The notes under the pieces are model-generated. The model searched no databases. It saw only the letters and a program-made list of their open reading frames with translations, and was not told the DNA's origin. The position numbers and the translations under genes were made by a program. This document shows, in pieces, positions 47,161 to 57,534 of a stretch of 64,000 nt of DNA. Source of the DNA: Verrucomicrobiota bacterium (lineage in GTDB: Bacteria > Verrucomicrobiota > Verrucomicrobiia > Opitutales > Seribacteraceae); contig JAQBYT010000010.1 of assembly GCA_027622665.1 (NCBI GenBank), forward strand, positions 32,001 to 96,000, given 5' to 3'. How positions within the stretch are numbered: the stretch's first letter is position 1; each line of letters begins with the position of its first letter.

Positions 47161-50037
47161 CTATTCGGCAGGACCGTACCTAACTTCGCGGTCGGCTAGC
47201 TTGACGGGTTGCTCGGAGGGCAAATCCTCACGGATCAGCTCCAAGCCACTCAGTAATGCAGCACCTTCGATCGCTCGAAACTTGATCAAAATAGAATCAT
47301 CTATTGAAATGCCCCCGAAAGACTCGACCGTGGACCGCATGGCACCTCCGGCGGCTTTGACAACGTCGTACTTCGACAATAGTTTTTTGCCTTGGACGAG
47401 AACGTCAAACATACGCTCTCCGGACTGAAGAGGATCCGGTTCGAGAAAGGTTAGACGCAAAAGATATTTCCCTTTTGAAAATCCCTGGATTCTTACGGAC
47501 TCTATCCCCTCGGACAAAGAAGCTGCCACCCAAGGCCATCCCCGTCCGCCTTCAACCCGAAGTGAGTGATGATAGCGGTAGATCGCGCCTTCCGGTAAAA
47601 CCTTTATCGGAAGAATTGGGGAAGGCCCGCCCACGCTCGGAGAGTCAATCCAAAGTGTTCCGCTTTCAGTAGCTCTGTCACCTGGCGCCCCGAAGTTGAG
47701 ACCTAATCGCCTCAGTTTCCCATTGAGACGCTCGGGAGGAACTTCACCCCAGGAAGTCCATTGCTCATGCGTCTGGGGCATGGAGACCATGGCCATGGCC
47801 ATAGGAAGAGGATAGCTGCAAGTGCATCCCTCGTAATAGTAAGGAACACTTAACACGCCATTCGCAGGGATGATGCTGTTGGTGCAACCGGAGCGGGGTC
47901 CGCTCAGGTTGATTGTGCCGCTTTCGATTCGCTTGTCGTAGTAAGACGCAGTAGCGGAACGCATTGTATAGAGATATCCATAGTCGACGCCGCCGTCGCA
48001 ACCGTAACTCTTTGGAAATACGCGAGGTTCTCGCTCTCCCGTCAGAGGGTTGAAGCGTTCACCGGCTCGAGGCTGTTCGGGTTTCCACGCATTTGCCTGA
48101 TGCGGTGGCCTATACTGACTGGGTTGAAGGTTTTCAAGATCGACCTTGCCGTGCCGCTTGCGCACTTCGATTTCCTCGTTCGATCCCATGACTCGTCCGG
48201 TAAAAACGTCGGACAAAACCGCCGGCAGTAAACGATAATCAGAATTACGAGTACGCTCATTCTGGTTCTCCATCCAATTTTTCGGAGTAGAAACCATCAC
48301 CCCATCAACGAACTTTGGCTGAGGCGAACGCTTAAAATGCCCCAATTCATCCCCGAACCACAATACCCCAAGCGGAAAACGCACATTCTCGTCAGAACTT
48401 TTTTCCCATTTCCCAAGGTAATTGGTAGCCCCGGGCAAAGCACCCTCTTTTTGGAGTAAAGTGAAACCATTATGCTCACTTAGTCGAGCGGCCGGAAACT
48501 CACTAAGTTTAAAGACAGTTCGGAATGCGTTCCTGAACTTCCGTGAACCCACGATACAAAGAGAACCGCCATAAGGTCGCAATGTAGAGTAAACCTTAGA
48601 CCAGAGTTCCTTGTTCCATTTTATGTCGGCTGATTCGTCCGCCAACACCAAGCCTGCAAAATAGCGAGGAAAACCCAAAGCCAGTGGATTGCCCCCGAAC
48701 AAGCCCACCCTGTCTGCCGTTACGCCGGCAACATTGATTTGCTCGCGCAGTCGTTGCATATCCCCTACCCTGCCTACCCCTACCAGCCGTGCGGAAGAAT
48801 TCTCGACAAGGCCCATCCATTTTTCAGTCATGCCGAGAATTAGCCCATAACCCTGGCGAAACTCAGTCGCGTCTAGGATTGCGGCAACAAGGGAATCTTG
48901 CACGCCCGATGGCTTGCCCTTCGGGTCGAACTGGTAAACTCGGGGGGTAACCTTTGCGGCGGAGAGGCAATGTATTTCACCACCCAAAGTGATTACGTAA
49001 AGCCGACCGTTCGCGGTCAGCATCTCGTAAATTTCACCTGATACGCCTTCGACTCCATCTGAAAAGCTAATCGTTCGATCACCGGCGTAAATCGTAGATC
49101 GCACTCCTGGTTGACCGCTCTCGTTCACCCTATCCTCATGGCGTCGCTTGTTGACGTCGCTGTCGAAGAGCAAACCTCTACGTTGCAAACGCTGCTTTTC
49201 TTTTTCCGATGCAGTCGAGGCAAACCAGCCTCCCGGCAAACGTCCCTGGGACGGTAATTCAAACTCTTTCAGCTTGCCGGTGGCGGCATTGAAACGAGCG
49301 GGGAAAGCAACGCTGCTAGGCACAATCAGGTCGTCGCCATCCAGCAAGAGGTATCCTTGGGGGGCAAGACCACCGGTTGCTTGAGCGTTGTGGGGCTGGG
49401 TGCCGTACATGAATCCGCAACGGTCGTTAAGCCAGATTAATTTCCCTGTCTTGGCATCGAGACAGTAGACGTAAACGCCCTCCATGGGCCACACACCGGC
49501 GGCGAACCATACCTTGCCCTCCTTGGCCACAGGGCCTCCACGAACGGGCCAAAGCGAGATCATGCGACCATTGCCCAGCACCTTCCTGGTCGAGGGGACA
49601 CCACGGAACTTCCAAAGCAGTTTTCCCGTATCCGTTTGGATGCAGTAGAGAAATCCATCGTCGGATCCCACGAACACGCGGTCATCCATAGCGGTGGGAG
49701 CGAAACGAATGGGACCCTCCGTCAGAAAGCGCCAAGCTTGTTCGCCGGTTGCGGCGTCATAGGCGGTGACCGAATCCGTCCAAGACGAACCGATGATCAA
49801 TTTCCCGTTGGTCACGATAGGTTCGTATCCTTTGTCGAACTGAAGACGCGAATCCTTGTAGGCGGGCACTAGCGGAGGAAGTTTCAAGGTCCATTGCAGA
49901 TGCAGGCTGACCGGCAGAGCCTCTAAAGTGGCTCCGGTTCTGCCTGCGTCATGTCGCCATGTCGGCCAATCCTCAGCCTGAACGCCAATGAAAGCGAATA
50001 GAAGAAAGGTGAGGGTCTGTCTCAAACGGACTTTCAT
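47161..50037 (-). CDS. PQQ-like propeller protein with central methyltransferase-like region and C-terminal malectin-like domain
   Basis: Signal peptide, DWPTWRHDAGRTG, WPVRGGP, APQGY, LRPYGG, KSYGC..RSGC..CTCSY, LRLTFLEP...RMFDVLVQG...LSGLEL. Confidence 0.75.
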   Translation of the reverse strand: MKVRLRQTLTFLLFAFIGVQAEDWPTWRHDAGRTGATLEALPVSLHLQWTLKLPPLVPAYKDSRLQFDKGYEPIVTNGKLIIGSSWTDSVTAYDAATGEQAWRFLTEGPIRFAPTAMDDRVFVGSDDGFLYCIQTDTGKLLWKFRGVPSTRKVLGNGRMISLWPVRGGPVAKEGKVWFAAGVWPMEGVYVYCLDAKTGKLIWLNDRCGFMYGTQPHNAQATGGLAPQGYLLLDGDDLIVPSSVAFPARFNAATGKLKEFELPSQGRLPGGWFASTASEKEKQRLQRRGLLFDSDVNKRRHEDRVNESGQPGVRSTIYAGDRTISFSDGVEGVSGEIYEMLTANGRLYVITLGGEIHCLSAAKVTPRVYQFDPKGKPSGVQDSLVAAILDATEFRQGYGLILGMTEKWMGLVENSSARLVGVGRVGDMQRLREQINVAGVTADRVGLFGGNPLALGFPRYFAGLVLADESADIKWNKELWSKVYSTLRPYGGSLCIVGSRKFRNAFRTVFKLSEFPAARLSEHNGFTLLQKEGALPGATNYLGKWEKSSDENVRFPLGVLWFGDELGHFKRSPQPKFVDGVMVSTPKNWMENQNERTRNSDYRLLPAVLSDVFTGRVMGSNEEIEVRKRHGKVDLENLQPSQYRPPHQANAWKPEQPRAGERFNPLTGEREPRVFPKSYGCDGGVDYGYLYTMRSATASYYDKRIESGTINLSGPRSGCTNSIIPANGVLSVPYYYEGCTCSYPLPMAMAMVSMPQTHEQWTSWGEVPPERLNGKLRRLGLNFGAPGDRATESGTLWIDSPSVGGPSPILPIKVLPEGAIYRYHHSLRVEGGRGWPWVAASLSEGIESVRIQGFSKGKYLLRLTFLEPDPLQSGERMFDVLVQGKKLLSKYDVVKAAGGAMRSTVESFGGISIDDSILIKFRAIEGAALLSGLELIREDLPSEQPVKLADREVRYGPAE

Positions 50038-50142
50038 ATTCAATTCAGACACCCAAAACCTCTAGAGGAATGGATACAAGAAGGAAACGCTTCTGCCGTT
50101 AACAACTACGGACAGGACACTAGGCCTTGTCGGGAAACTGGT

Positions 50143-53100
50143 TCAGCGAGGGTGTTGTTTCAGCAAGTCAATCGGGTGGTAGAAACCGATGTGACCCTTC
50201 ACTGCCTCACGGACTCGAGCCACTTGACCGGACTGAATCGGGGAGGCGTTGTTACCGAATGAATTGCGAACATAGGTGAGCACGGCGGCAAGCTCATCGT
50301 CTTTCAGTAGGAATTCAAAAGGCGTCATGGGTACTTGCCCGGGATAGGTTTTACCTTTGACCTCAATCGGCCCCATCAAGCCTTTGAGTGTCAGTTTGAT
50401 CAAGAGATCGGGATCTCCCGCTGACCAGCGTGTACCGGCTAATGGAGGAAAGCCGGAATCGGGCAAACCTTTGCCATTTGCCTGATGGCAGGTTACGCAA
50501 TGGCCCTCGCGGTTGTAGACCTCCGCTCCCTTAACGAATAGTCCGGCATCCTTTTTTGAGAGGTGCTTGGGAGGAGAAACCTTATAATCATCAGCTCCAG
50601 GCAGAACGGGAGCATTTTCGAGGACACCCTTGGCAAAATCGAGAGTTTGTTTATAACCCTTGTCGATGCCTTTGGCTTCGGCTGCCACAAGTATTTCCAT
50701 GCCGGCTTTTTTATTAAGGAAAGATGCCGCCACGATGGCCTCCATACGGACACGTCCATGCGAATCGTTGGCTGCCTCAAGGAGCAATGCTTTGCGATTG
50801 GCCACTTTGTTCAAGTTGAAGCGCAACACTCGTGCAGCGGCGGAGCGTATGCGATGATCTTTCGACTTGAGCAGTTGCTTGAGCAAAACGAAGTCGGTTT
50901 GATTAGCTCCCCAAGTAACCCATAAGGCTTCGAGTTTGAGACGTTCGTCCGCATCATCGGGGAGATTTTCGACCCATGAATGAGTGGCCTTGACCACTTC
51001 GGTTGCGTTTCGCCCACGTAATTCGCGTCGCGTGCGATAGCGAGAACGATACTCATGCAACTTGAGATTTTCGAGGAGTGCGGGGACGGTGGCTCCCGCT
51101 ATATTGGCGGGTTTAACCAAGGGGCGGGAGGGGTAGGACACGCGATAGATACGGCCATGTTGGTGGTCGCGATTGGGATCGCGGGCATTATGTTGCATAT
51201 GCCCGATCAAGGCATTTTGCCAATCCACCACATAGAGGGAACCGTCCGGGGCGAACTCAAGGTCGGTGGGTCGAAAGTTGAAGTCTTGGGACACAAGGAG
51301 GTCATGTCGATACTCGGTTGTGAAACCGGGATCTTTATCGATTATCTTGTGCTGCTTGGTACCGAGGAAGCCAATGTTATTGTTGATCAATACATCTCCT
51401 TGGACCTCGTCAGGAAAATGGCGACTCGACACGAACTCGACACCGGAAGTCGGCCGAACATTATTCGAGGTAAGCAGGTTGGGAGCCTTGAGGTTAGCCC
51501 CATAGCGAGCTTTTACGCTACCCGGCAGCATCCACGACAAACTGGTGCCCGAGGTGTGCAGGAAAACATCCTGACCATAATCGTCGAACGCCACGCCCCA
51601 TGGGTTCGGTATGTTGAACTGGGAGTAGCGAATGACAGTCCTGCGTTGCGGGCTGTAGCGAAAAAATCCACCGTTCGATCCTCGTTGAGGACCAAACACG
51701 GACTCCACGTTGCTGTGGAGGAAGACGCCCTCGCACATGATGAATGCTCCCGACGGGTCGGCGCAAAAAGCTGAAATGGCGTGGTGTGTGTCGTGGTCGT
51801 CGAATCCGGAGAGCATGACTTCTCGTTCGTCGTAGCGGTCGTCTCCGTCCGTGTCTCGCAGTCTGATCAGACTGCCGCTTTGTGAGACGTAGACACCATC
51901 GTGTGAAATCTCGAAACCGATTGGGATGTGGAGGTCGTCCGCGAAATTGATTTGCTTATCGGCCTTGCCGTCGTTGTCGGTGTCCTCGAAAATTATCAGC
52001 TTGTCGCGAGGTCGAGCCTCGCCGATTCGGTAATGAGGATAACTGGCCATCGTGGAGACCCAGAGGCGTCCTTTGTTGTCGAAGGCCATTTGCACCGGAT
52101 TGGCCAAGTCGGGAAAGCGTGATTCATCGGCGAACAATTCGATCTTGTAGCCTTTCGCGACCTCGATCTTCTTCTGTGCGATCTTGCCGGGCGTATAATC
52201 CAAGGGGCCGTTCTTACTGTTCTTGTTTTTCGGCAAATAATTAGTCTCGACCAGAGGCAGTTTGGAGGTCTTGGCATCCTCCTCGGCCAAGTCCAATTTC
52301 TCCCCGTTCGAGATCGCCCATATTGCGCGGTCTCGGATTTCAGTATACTCTCGGGTTTTCTTTAGTTCGAAAGGGTAATTCTTCGGACCAAACGGGTTGT
52401 ATCGGCGACCGTAGACGTGCACACCATTGGGGACCTTATAGTCGTTCAGCCAGTAGTAATTCTTGTCCATGACGGCCTTGTGGACCGCAGGGCGCAACTC
52501 CGACAAAGGATTCTCCGCCTGAAAAAGGGAATCGGCTAGAAGCTGAGCTAGCTTACGGTATCCCGAGTCGTTCAGCAAGGCGCCGTCCACGGTGTGGGCT
52601 TGTCCATCGGCATACCACTGGGCGGATGGACTGAATGCGTCGACGAACAGGATGCCGTTCCTCTTGGCCACCTCGCGCATACCCTCGACGTACAAGATGA
52701 GATTGGCGTTTTGCACGGCGCCGTTGGTGATGCCCTTCATGGGTTGAATCGCCGTGGGGGAGATTAGGGCCAAACCGGGAGCTCCCTTTCCATTGTATTT
52801 CTGGGCCAAGGTATGCTTGATGAACGCATCGAGCTCCTTCTTGAATCGACCCAGTTCCTTTTGGCCGTCGAAGGAAGAATTGAACCCGAAGAAGGCGAGT
52901 ACCATATCGGTCTTCAATCGGGTGAGCCACTGGTCTGGAGTTTCAAAATGACCTCTTGGGCCCGTGGTTGCCTGATGTTTCGGGCTGATCAATTCCTTGG
53001 CATTAGGGAAAGCGTATTGGCCATGTTGTTCGCGTCCGGGATGCGGGCGAAAACCCGGGGTATTCCCTTCGTCGCACAAGTTCCGCACGGTCAATTCCTT

Positions 53101-53307
53101 CAAAGGGAAGCGAAGGTGCAGTTCGGTCTCAAAATGGCCGTAATGGATCATTCTCGACCCCATGCCCGCACCGACGAGCGAAATCCGATCGCCTTTCTCC
53201 AAGGGCAAGTCTGCGGCGGCATTCAGCAGGTGGCCAAATAAACCGAAAACCAAGAGCAAGGCGTGGCAGGTTGGGCGATAGGCGAAGGCAAAGTGTCTGT
53301 TGATCAT
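50143..53307 (-). CDS. PVC heme-binding protein: SGNH-like + propeller + HEAT + cytochrome c
   Basis: GDRISLVG, RNL..EG, TVDGALLN..GY; LANPVQMAFDNKGRLWV, EDTDNDGKAD, PTDLEFAPDGSLYVVDW; HEAT; CVTCHQANG.G...FPPL...MTPF. Confidence 0.85.
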   Translation of the reverse strand: MINRHFAFAYRPTCHALLLVFGLFGHLLNAAADLPLEKGDRISLVGAGMGSRMIHYGHFETELHLRFPLKELTVRNLCDEGNTPGFRPHPGREQHGQYAFPNAKELISPKHQATTGPRGHFETPDQWLTRLKTDMVLAFFGFNSSFDGQKELGRFKKELDAFIKHTLAQKYNGKGAPGLALISPTAIQPMKGITNGAVQNANLILYVEGMREVAKRNGILFVDAFSPSAQWYADGQAHTVDGALLNDSGYRKLAQLLADSLFQAENPLSELRPAVHKAVMDKNYYWLNDYKVPNGVHVYGRRYNPFGPKNYPFELKKTREYTEIRDRAIWAISNGEKLDLAEEDAKTSKLPLVETNYLPKNKNSKNGPLDYTPGKIAQKKIEVAKGYKIELFADESRFPDLANPVQMAFDNKGRLWVSTMASYPHYRIGEARPRDKLIIFEDTDNDGKADKQINFADDLHIPIGFEISHDGVYVSQSGSLIRLRDTDGDDRYDEREVMLSGFDDHDTHHAISAFCADPSGAFIMCEGVFLHSNVESVFGPQRGSNGGFFRYSPQRRTVIRYSQFNIPNPWGVAFDDYGQDVFLHTSGTSLSWMLPGSVKARYGANLKAPNLLTSNNVRPTSGVEFVSSRHFPDEVQGDVLINNNIGFLGTKQHKIIDKDPGFTTEYRHDLLVSQDFNFRPTDLEFAPDGSLYVVDWQNALIGHMQHNARDPNRDHQHGRIYRVSYPSRPLVKPANIAGATVPALLENLKLHEYRSRYRTRRELRGRNATEVVKATHSWVENLPDDADERLKLEALWVTWGANQTDFVLLKQLLKSKDHRIRSAAARVLRFNLNKVANRKALLLEAANDSHGRVRMEAIVAASFLNKKAGMEILVAAEAKGIDKGYKQTLDFAKGVLENAPVLPGADDYKVSPPKHLSKKDAGLFVKGAEVYNREGHCVTCHQANGKGLPDSGFPPLAGTRWSAGDPDLLIKLTLKGLMGPIEVKGKTYPGQVPMTPFEFLLKDDELAAVLTYVRNSFGNNASPIQSGQVARVREAVKGHIGFYHPIDLLKQHPR

Positions 53308-53389
53308 ATCTAAGATGGAAAGGAGAAAGGAAGGAAGCAACATAAGGATTTGCGGAGAGCGAATCAATCCGTAAGCGGAAAGAAGGTTT

Positions 53390-53840
53390 TCAGGCAAGAA
53401 CGGCTTTCACGACGTGGTCACGCACGTCGGCAAGCCGAAAGTGTCGTCCCTGGTGCTTGACTTCGCCGAGGCTTGCCACGAGAAGCTCGCCCTTCGACAC
53501 CGGCATCTCATGAATTGCATCGGAAACGCTCTCGATTCGATCGGTAAATGGAAGAACCCGATCGCCAACTTGAATTGTAGTGCAGATTCCAGATCGTCCA
53601 CTTACGCGTTTCTTCTCCTCGTGGCACCCCTTGTTGATATCACTGTCAAACGGAAGGCGAAGATCCTTGTAGGCAGGAACAGGCGAAGGCAGCTTAAGAG
53701 GTCCATTAAAGAAAGAGCCCTGCAGGAAGTTGCTCATCTGTCGCGGCAGTCCTGTGTCAATCATAACGGCACATTGGCCAATCAGTCGAGGCATAGCCAG
53801 AAGTTAAAAGTAAAATCCCAATTACGCGAAGCAAGTGTCA
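53390..53840 (-). pseudogene. Chimeric relic: collapsed paralog of the 47161-50037 propeller gene fused to a DUF1501 C-terminus
   Basis: TDWPMCRYD*HRTAATDEQLP..L*WT and LKLPSPVPAYKDLRLPFD|SDINKGCHE...GDRVLPFTDRIESVS..IHEM align with two distant parts of the intact gene; ends QGRHFRLADVRDHVVKAVLA*. Confidence 0.8.
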
Positions 53841-53953
53841 CAAATTTATTATCTCTATTGGAGAAGAAGAATGGTTGTGAACCGACCAATGTTTATGGTC
53901 ATATGGAAATCTACAATGATTTCACGAATATTGAATAGACCTAACTATTTCGC

Positions 53954-55306
53954 CTAATTCTCAGTAGGTTTCTCCGATTCATAACCTGGTAAGGCAACAA
54001 AGGAATGAATGGCTTTGGCGTCAGGCTGATTCCAGACATGAATTCTTCCATTAAAAGAGGAGGAAGCCACAAGTTTTTTCAACGAATCAAAGGCAATCGA
54101 CAAGATCCAATCGTCATGTCCTGTAAATTGGTGCTTTTGACTACCATCCTTAAGGGAGTATTCGTAGGCAATTCTGTCATTGGAGGTAATGAAAAGTGAT
54201 TCTCCCTGAGAGATGATCTTGTGTGCTCCCGCACCAAAACGATGGATATCCCTGCTTTTCTTTCCGTCCTCAATCTTCCAAAGTGCAAGAAGCTTGTCCT
54301 CACTTGTGGAGTAGACTTGGTTTCCATCCGGGTGAAAAGCAACTCCGTTTACCGACCCGGAATGTCCGGAGAAAGTGACGATTCTCTTGCCGCTCTCGAG
54401 ATCAAAGACTTTTGCTGTCTTGTCGCGACTACCAGAGGCAAGCCTCTTGCCGTCCGAACTCCATGCCACAGCATTAACCCAGTCCGAATGGTTTGCGAAC
54501 GTTTTAAGGATTTCCCATTCCTGATTATGCTTTTCAAAGACACGAACCCGGCCATCAGTCGATGCCGTGGCCAACCTGAGGCCATCGGGTGCGAAGCGGG
54601 CATCCAGGGCAACGTCAGGAGTGCGCGCAAGTACGTCTACTAGTGCGCCAGTGGCTGCATCAAGAATCCGAACCTCTCCATAAAGCCCTGGTGCACCACA
54701 GGCAACGGCCAACAAACGACCATCGGGAGACAAATCAATCGCATATGCACGCTGTCCGATATTGCCAATGCGGCGAAGTAGTTTCCCATCCTCCGGGTTC
54801 CAGACGGTGATCTCGTGGTAACCTCCCGCAAAAAGCTCACCCCCGTCAGAACTAAATGCCAAAGCCTGTATGGAGATTCTTGAGGAATATTTCACAGGCG
54901 ATTTCGGGTGAACGGGGGGAGGGATTATCGAGGCAAGAGAAGCATCTGGTTCACCATCGAATGTTGAACCTTCCTCAATCCAACGCTTGAACAAGGCAAT
55001 TTGCTCCCCGGAAAGCGGATCTCCCTTCGATGGCATTCGCTCGTCTTTGTCATCCGTGGTCAACCGGTAATACACCTCGCTTTCATCAAGGTTCCCGGGA
55101 GTGAATCCGGGATGGTCACCCGACCCCTTTGAGATGGTCCGGGCAAATGTGTCTACTCGGTATTTCCCCTTGGCCTTCTTGGGTCCATGGCAGGACTGGC
55201 ACTTGGTGAGTAATATCGGTGCCAAGTCTTTGCTGAAACTTACTGGTGCAGCATCAACTTGAACGCCAAGCATGCAGGTTAAAAGAATAGTGAGATATCC
55301 AGTCAC
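53954..55306 (-). CDS. Planctomycete cytochrome c + WD40-repeat protein
   Basis: Signal peptide, CQSCH, RMP, RWIEEG; WD40 units HSDWVNAVAWS.DG..LASGSRD, GHSGSVNGVAF, GHDDWILSIAF. Confidence 0.9.
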   Translation of the reverse strand: MTGYLTILLTCMLGVQVDAAPVSFSKDLAPILLTKCQSCHGPKKAKGKYRVDTFARTISKGSGDHPGFTPGNLDESEVYYRLTTDDKDERMPSKGDPLSGEQIALFKRWIEEGSTFDGEPDASLASIIPPPVHPKSPVKYSSRISIQALAFSSDGGELFAGGYHEITVWNPEDGKLLRRIGNIGQRAYAIDLSPDGRLLAVACGAPGLYGEVRILDAATGALVDVLARTPDVALDARFAPDGLRLATASTDGRVRVFEKHNQEWEILKTFANHSDWVNAVAWSSDGKRLASGSRDKTAKVFDLESGKRIVTFSGHSGSVNGVAFHPDGNQVYSTSEDKLLALWKIEDGKKSRDIHRFGAGAHKIISQGESLFITSNDRIAYEYSLKDGSQKHQFTGHDDWILSIAFDSLKKLVASSSFNGRIHVWNQPDAKAIHSFVALPGYESEKPTEN

Positions 55307-55312
55307 TAATGA

Positions 55313-57511
55313 TCAATGATTGAAGAGAAACTCATTGCGATTGAGAATAGCCCAGCAAAGGTCCTCCAATGCCTTGCCCTTGTCCGTTGCTTTCTCCAGA
55401 TATGCAAGGGCAATGGCCTTCTCCTTTTCATTCGGGAAGCGGGAAAGTGCAGACAGATGGAGATGTTCCACAATTTCAGGAAGAGGTTTCTTGGCTAAAA
55501 GAGACTTTCGAAAAAGTGAGTCACCAGCCGTCAGCATACCGTGAAAAAGTTTACCGTTAAAGAGTTGTAACGCCTGGCCAAGCCCGGCATCACCTGCCCG
55601 TTCACAAGAGCAGACAGTTTGCCGTTCAGGTTGACCAAAAACCTTCAAGAACTCAGTATCACCGATCATGGAACGATTTCTTTGGGCAAGATCAGGTGCC
55701 GGCAGGTGTACCGCCTTGACCGTAACGGGAACCCCATAAAAGTTCATTGGCTTGCCAGTGACTTGCCCCAAAGCATCCACAAGCTGCTCCGCCTCAAGGC
55801 GTCGGGGTTCGCGAAAGGAGAAAAAGCGGGTATCATCACGGTTAAACTCATTGGACTCCCCGGAAGTCTGGTATACATTGCTGCTGACGATGGTTCTTAT
55901 AAGATGGCGACGATCAAAACCGCTTCTGATGAAATCCCGCGAAAGTTCCTCCAATAAAGGCTCGTTGGAGGGAGGGTTAGTATCACGGAAATCATCAACG
56001 GGTTCAACGATTCCAATACCCATTAGAGCTGCCCAGATACGATTAACCTCCACCCTGGCAAAAAACGGGTTACTTGGCTTGGTCAACCATTCGGCGAAAA
56101 CCTGACGGCGGTCCTTATCGGGAGGCAGAACAAAGGCACCCGTATCAGGCACCCAAGGCGCCACGTGCCTGCCGGCGACAGGATGGCGAACCTCACCTTT
56201 CTTGGCATCCCAAATAAACGTTTCTCCACCATTCCCTAGTTTCTTGGTTTTAATGCGCGCAAAAAAAGCGGTGAGTCCGTAGTAGTTGTCCTGCGTCCAT
56301 CGCTCGAAGGGATGATTATGGCATTTTGCACACTGGATTCGGGAGCCTAGAAAAAGTTGCGCTGTCGACTCCATGGCATCCTCAGCATTAATTGTCGTTC
56401 GGATAAAATTAGCCTCAGGATTCAGCAAAGAACTGCCTTTAGCGGTAAGTAAATCCCGAGCAAAATCGTCGTACGGCTGATTGGCAGAAATGGATCGTTC
56501 CAGCCAATCGGCGAATTTATATACAGCACTCTCCCCAACCTGTTTCCTTGAAAGACGAAGAAGGTCCCCCCATTTGCGTGCCCAATACTTGGCATAGTCA
56601 GGAGAATCCAATAAACTCTCAATCAGTTGAGATCGCTTGGCCGGAGTTTCATCTGAGAGAAAGGTCCGAGCCACTTCCGCTTGCGGAAGCAACCCTGTAA
56701 GGTCGAGGTGAATTCGGCGAAGAAAAGCGGCATCGGCAATCAAGGGGGAAGGAGGGTAATGCAGCAGACGAAGCTTGGCGTAGACCTTGTCGTCGATGTA
56801 GTTGACAGCAGGAGGTGCCTTCCAAGTAAAGCCCTCTGGTTTTCGGGAAAAGGTGATACGAATACTTTGTACTTGCTCCAGATATCGCACAAGGATGGCA
56901 ACCTGCCCACGGCTGTTTCCGGTCACCTTTCCCGAGCCATCCACCACCGCAATGTTTTCATCTGAAGTTGTGAAAACAGCAAGGCGAGTCACATCCCGGG
57001 AAGAACCATCGGAAAAAGTGGCCCGGGCGCCAAGTTGAAGAGAAAATTCAGGCCACTTTAAAAGCTTTGATTCACCTGGGGTGATCTCGAGCTCAACACA
57101 TTGGTTGTCCTCCACAGGTGTCGGACAACCTTCGCGAATCCATTCACGAATAAGGTTGTAGGCATAACCATCAGGTTTCAGACGTTCACCCCCCTCATGA
57201 GCAATGGCCATTGTGGGCTTCAACAGGAGAAGGCTTTTGCTGGGTTCAATAAGATTGATTCTCCGCCCCAATTCCTCTCGAAAGATCGTATGGGAATCAA
57301 GGGAAGGATCGAAAGCCCGAAGAGAAAGCCTAAAGTGGCCCTTGCCATGTGGTGAACCATGGCAACTCCCCTGACTGCACCCTTGTTTCGATAGAATGGG
57401 GAGTACCTCGTGGTTAAAGGAAACATGTGACTTTCCATCACAAATCATATGCCCAAAAACAACTAGGGACAGGACTGGGCACCTGATTTTCATGTAAATC
57501 TGTCCTACCAT
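55313..57511 (-). CDS. DUF1549/DUF1553 protein with an Ig-like domain
   Basis: CSQGSCHG, F.LSL..FDP, Ig-like ATFSDGSSRDVT, FLRRIHLDLTG, CAKCHNHPFERWTQ, VEPVDD, CSCER. Confidence 0.85.
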   Translation of the reverse strand: MVGQIYMKIRCPVLSLVVFGHMICDGKSHVSFNHEVLPILSKQGCSQGSCHGSPHGKGHFRLSLRAFDPSLDSHTIFREELGRRINLIEPSKSLLLLKPTMAIAHEGGERLKPDGYAYNLIREWIREGCPTPVEDNQCVELEITPGESKLLKWPEFSLQLGARATFSDGSSRDVTRLAVFTTSDENIAVVDGSGKVTGNSRGQVAILVRYLEQVQSIRITFSRKPEGFTWKAPPAVNYIDDKVYAKLRLLHYPPSPLIADAAFLRRIHLDLTGLLPQAEVARTFLSDETPAKRSQLIESLLDSPDYAKYWARKWGDLLRLSRKQVGESAVYKFADWLERSISANQPYDDFARDLLTAKGSSLLNPEANFIRTTINAEDAMESTAQLFLGSRIQCAKCHNHPFERWTQDNYYGLTAFFARIKTKKLGNGGETFIWDAKKGEVRHPVAGRHVAPWVPDTGAFVLPPDKDRRQVFAEWLTKPSNPFFARVEVNRIWAALMGIGIVEPVDDFRDTNPPSNEPLLEELSRDFIRSGFDRRHLIRTIVSSNVYQTSGESNEFNRDDTRFFSFREPRRLEAEQLVDALGQVTGKPMNFYGVPVTVKAVHLPAPDLAQRNRSMIGDTEFLKVFGQPERQTVCSCERAGDAGLGQALQLFNGKLFHGMLTAGDSLFRKSLLAKKPLPEIVEHLHLSALSRFPNEKEKAIALAYLEKATDKGKALEDLCWAILNRNEFLFNH

Positions 57512-57534
57512 TTTTTAGTACCCTTCATAATATA

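Noticed and set aside
53414..53938. 174-aa + strand ORF
   Set aside because: Antisense to the chimeric relic, whose minus-strand homology to genes in this window is clear.
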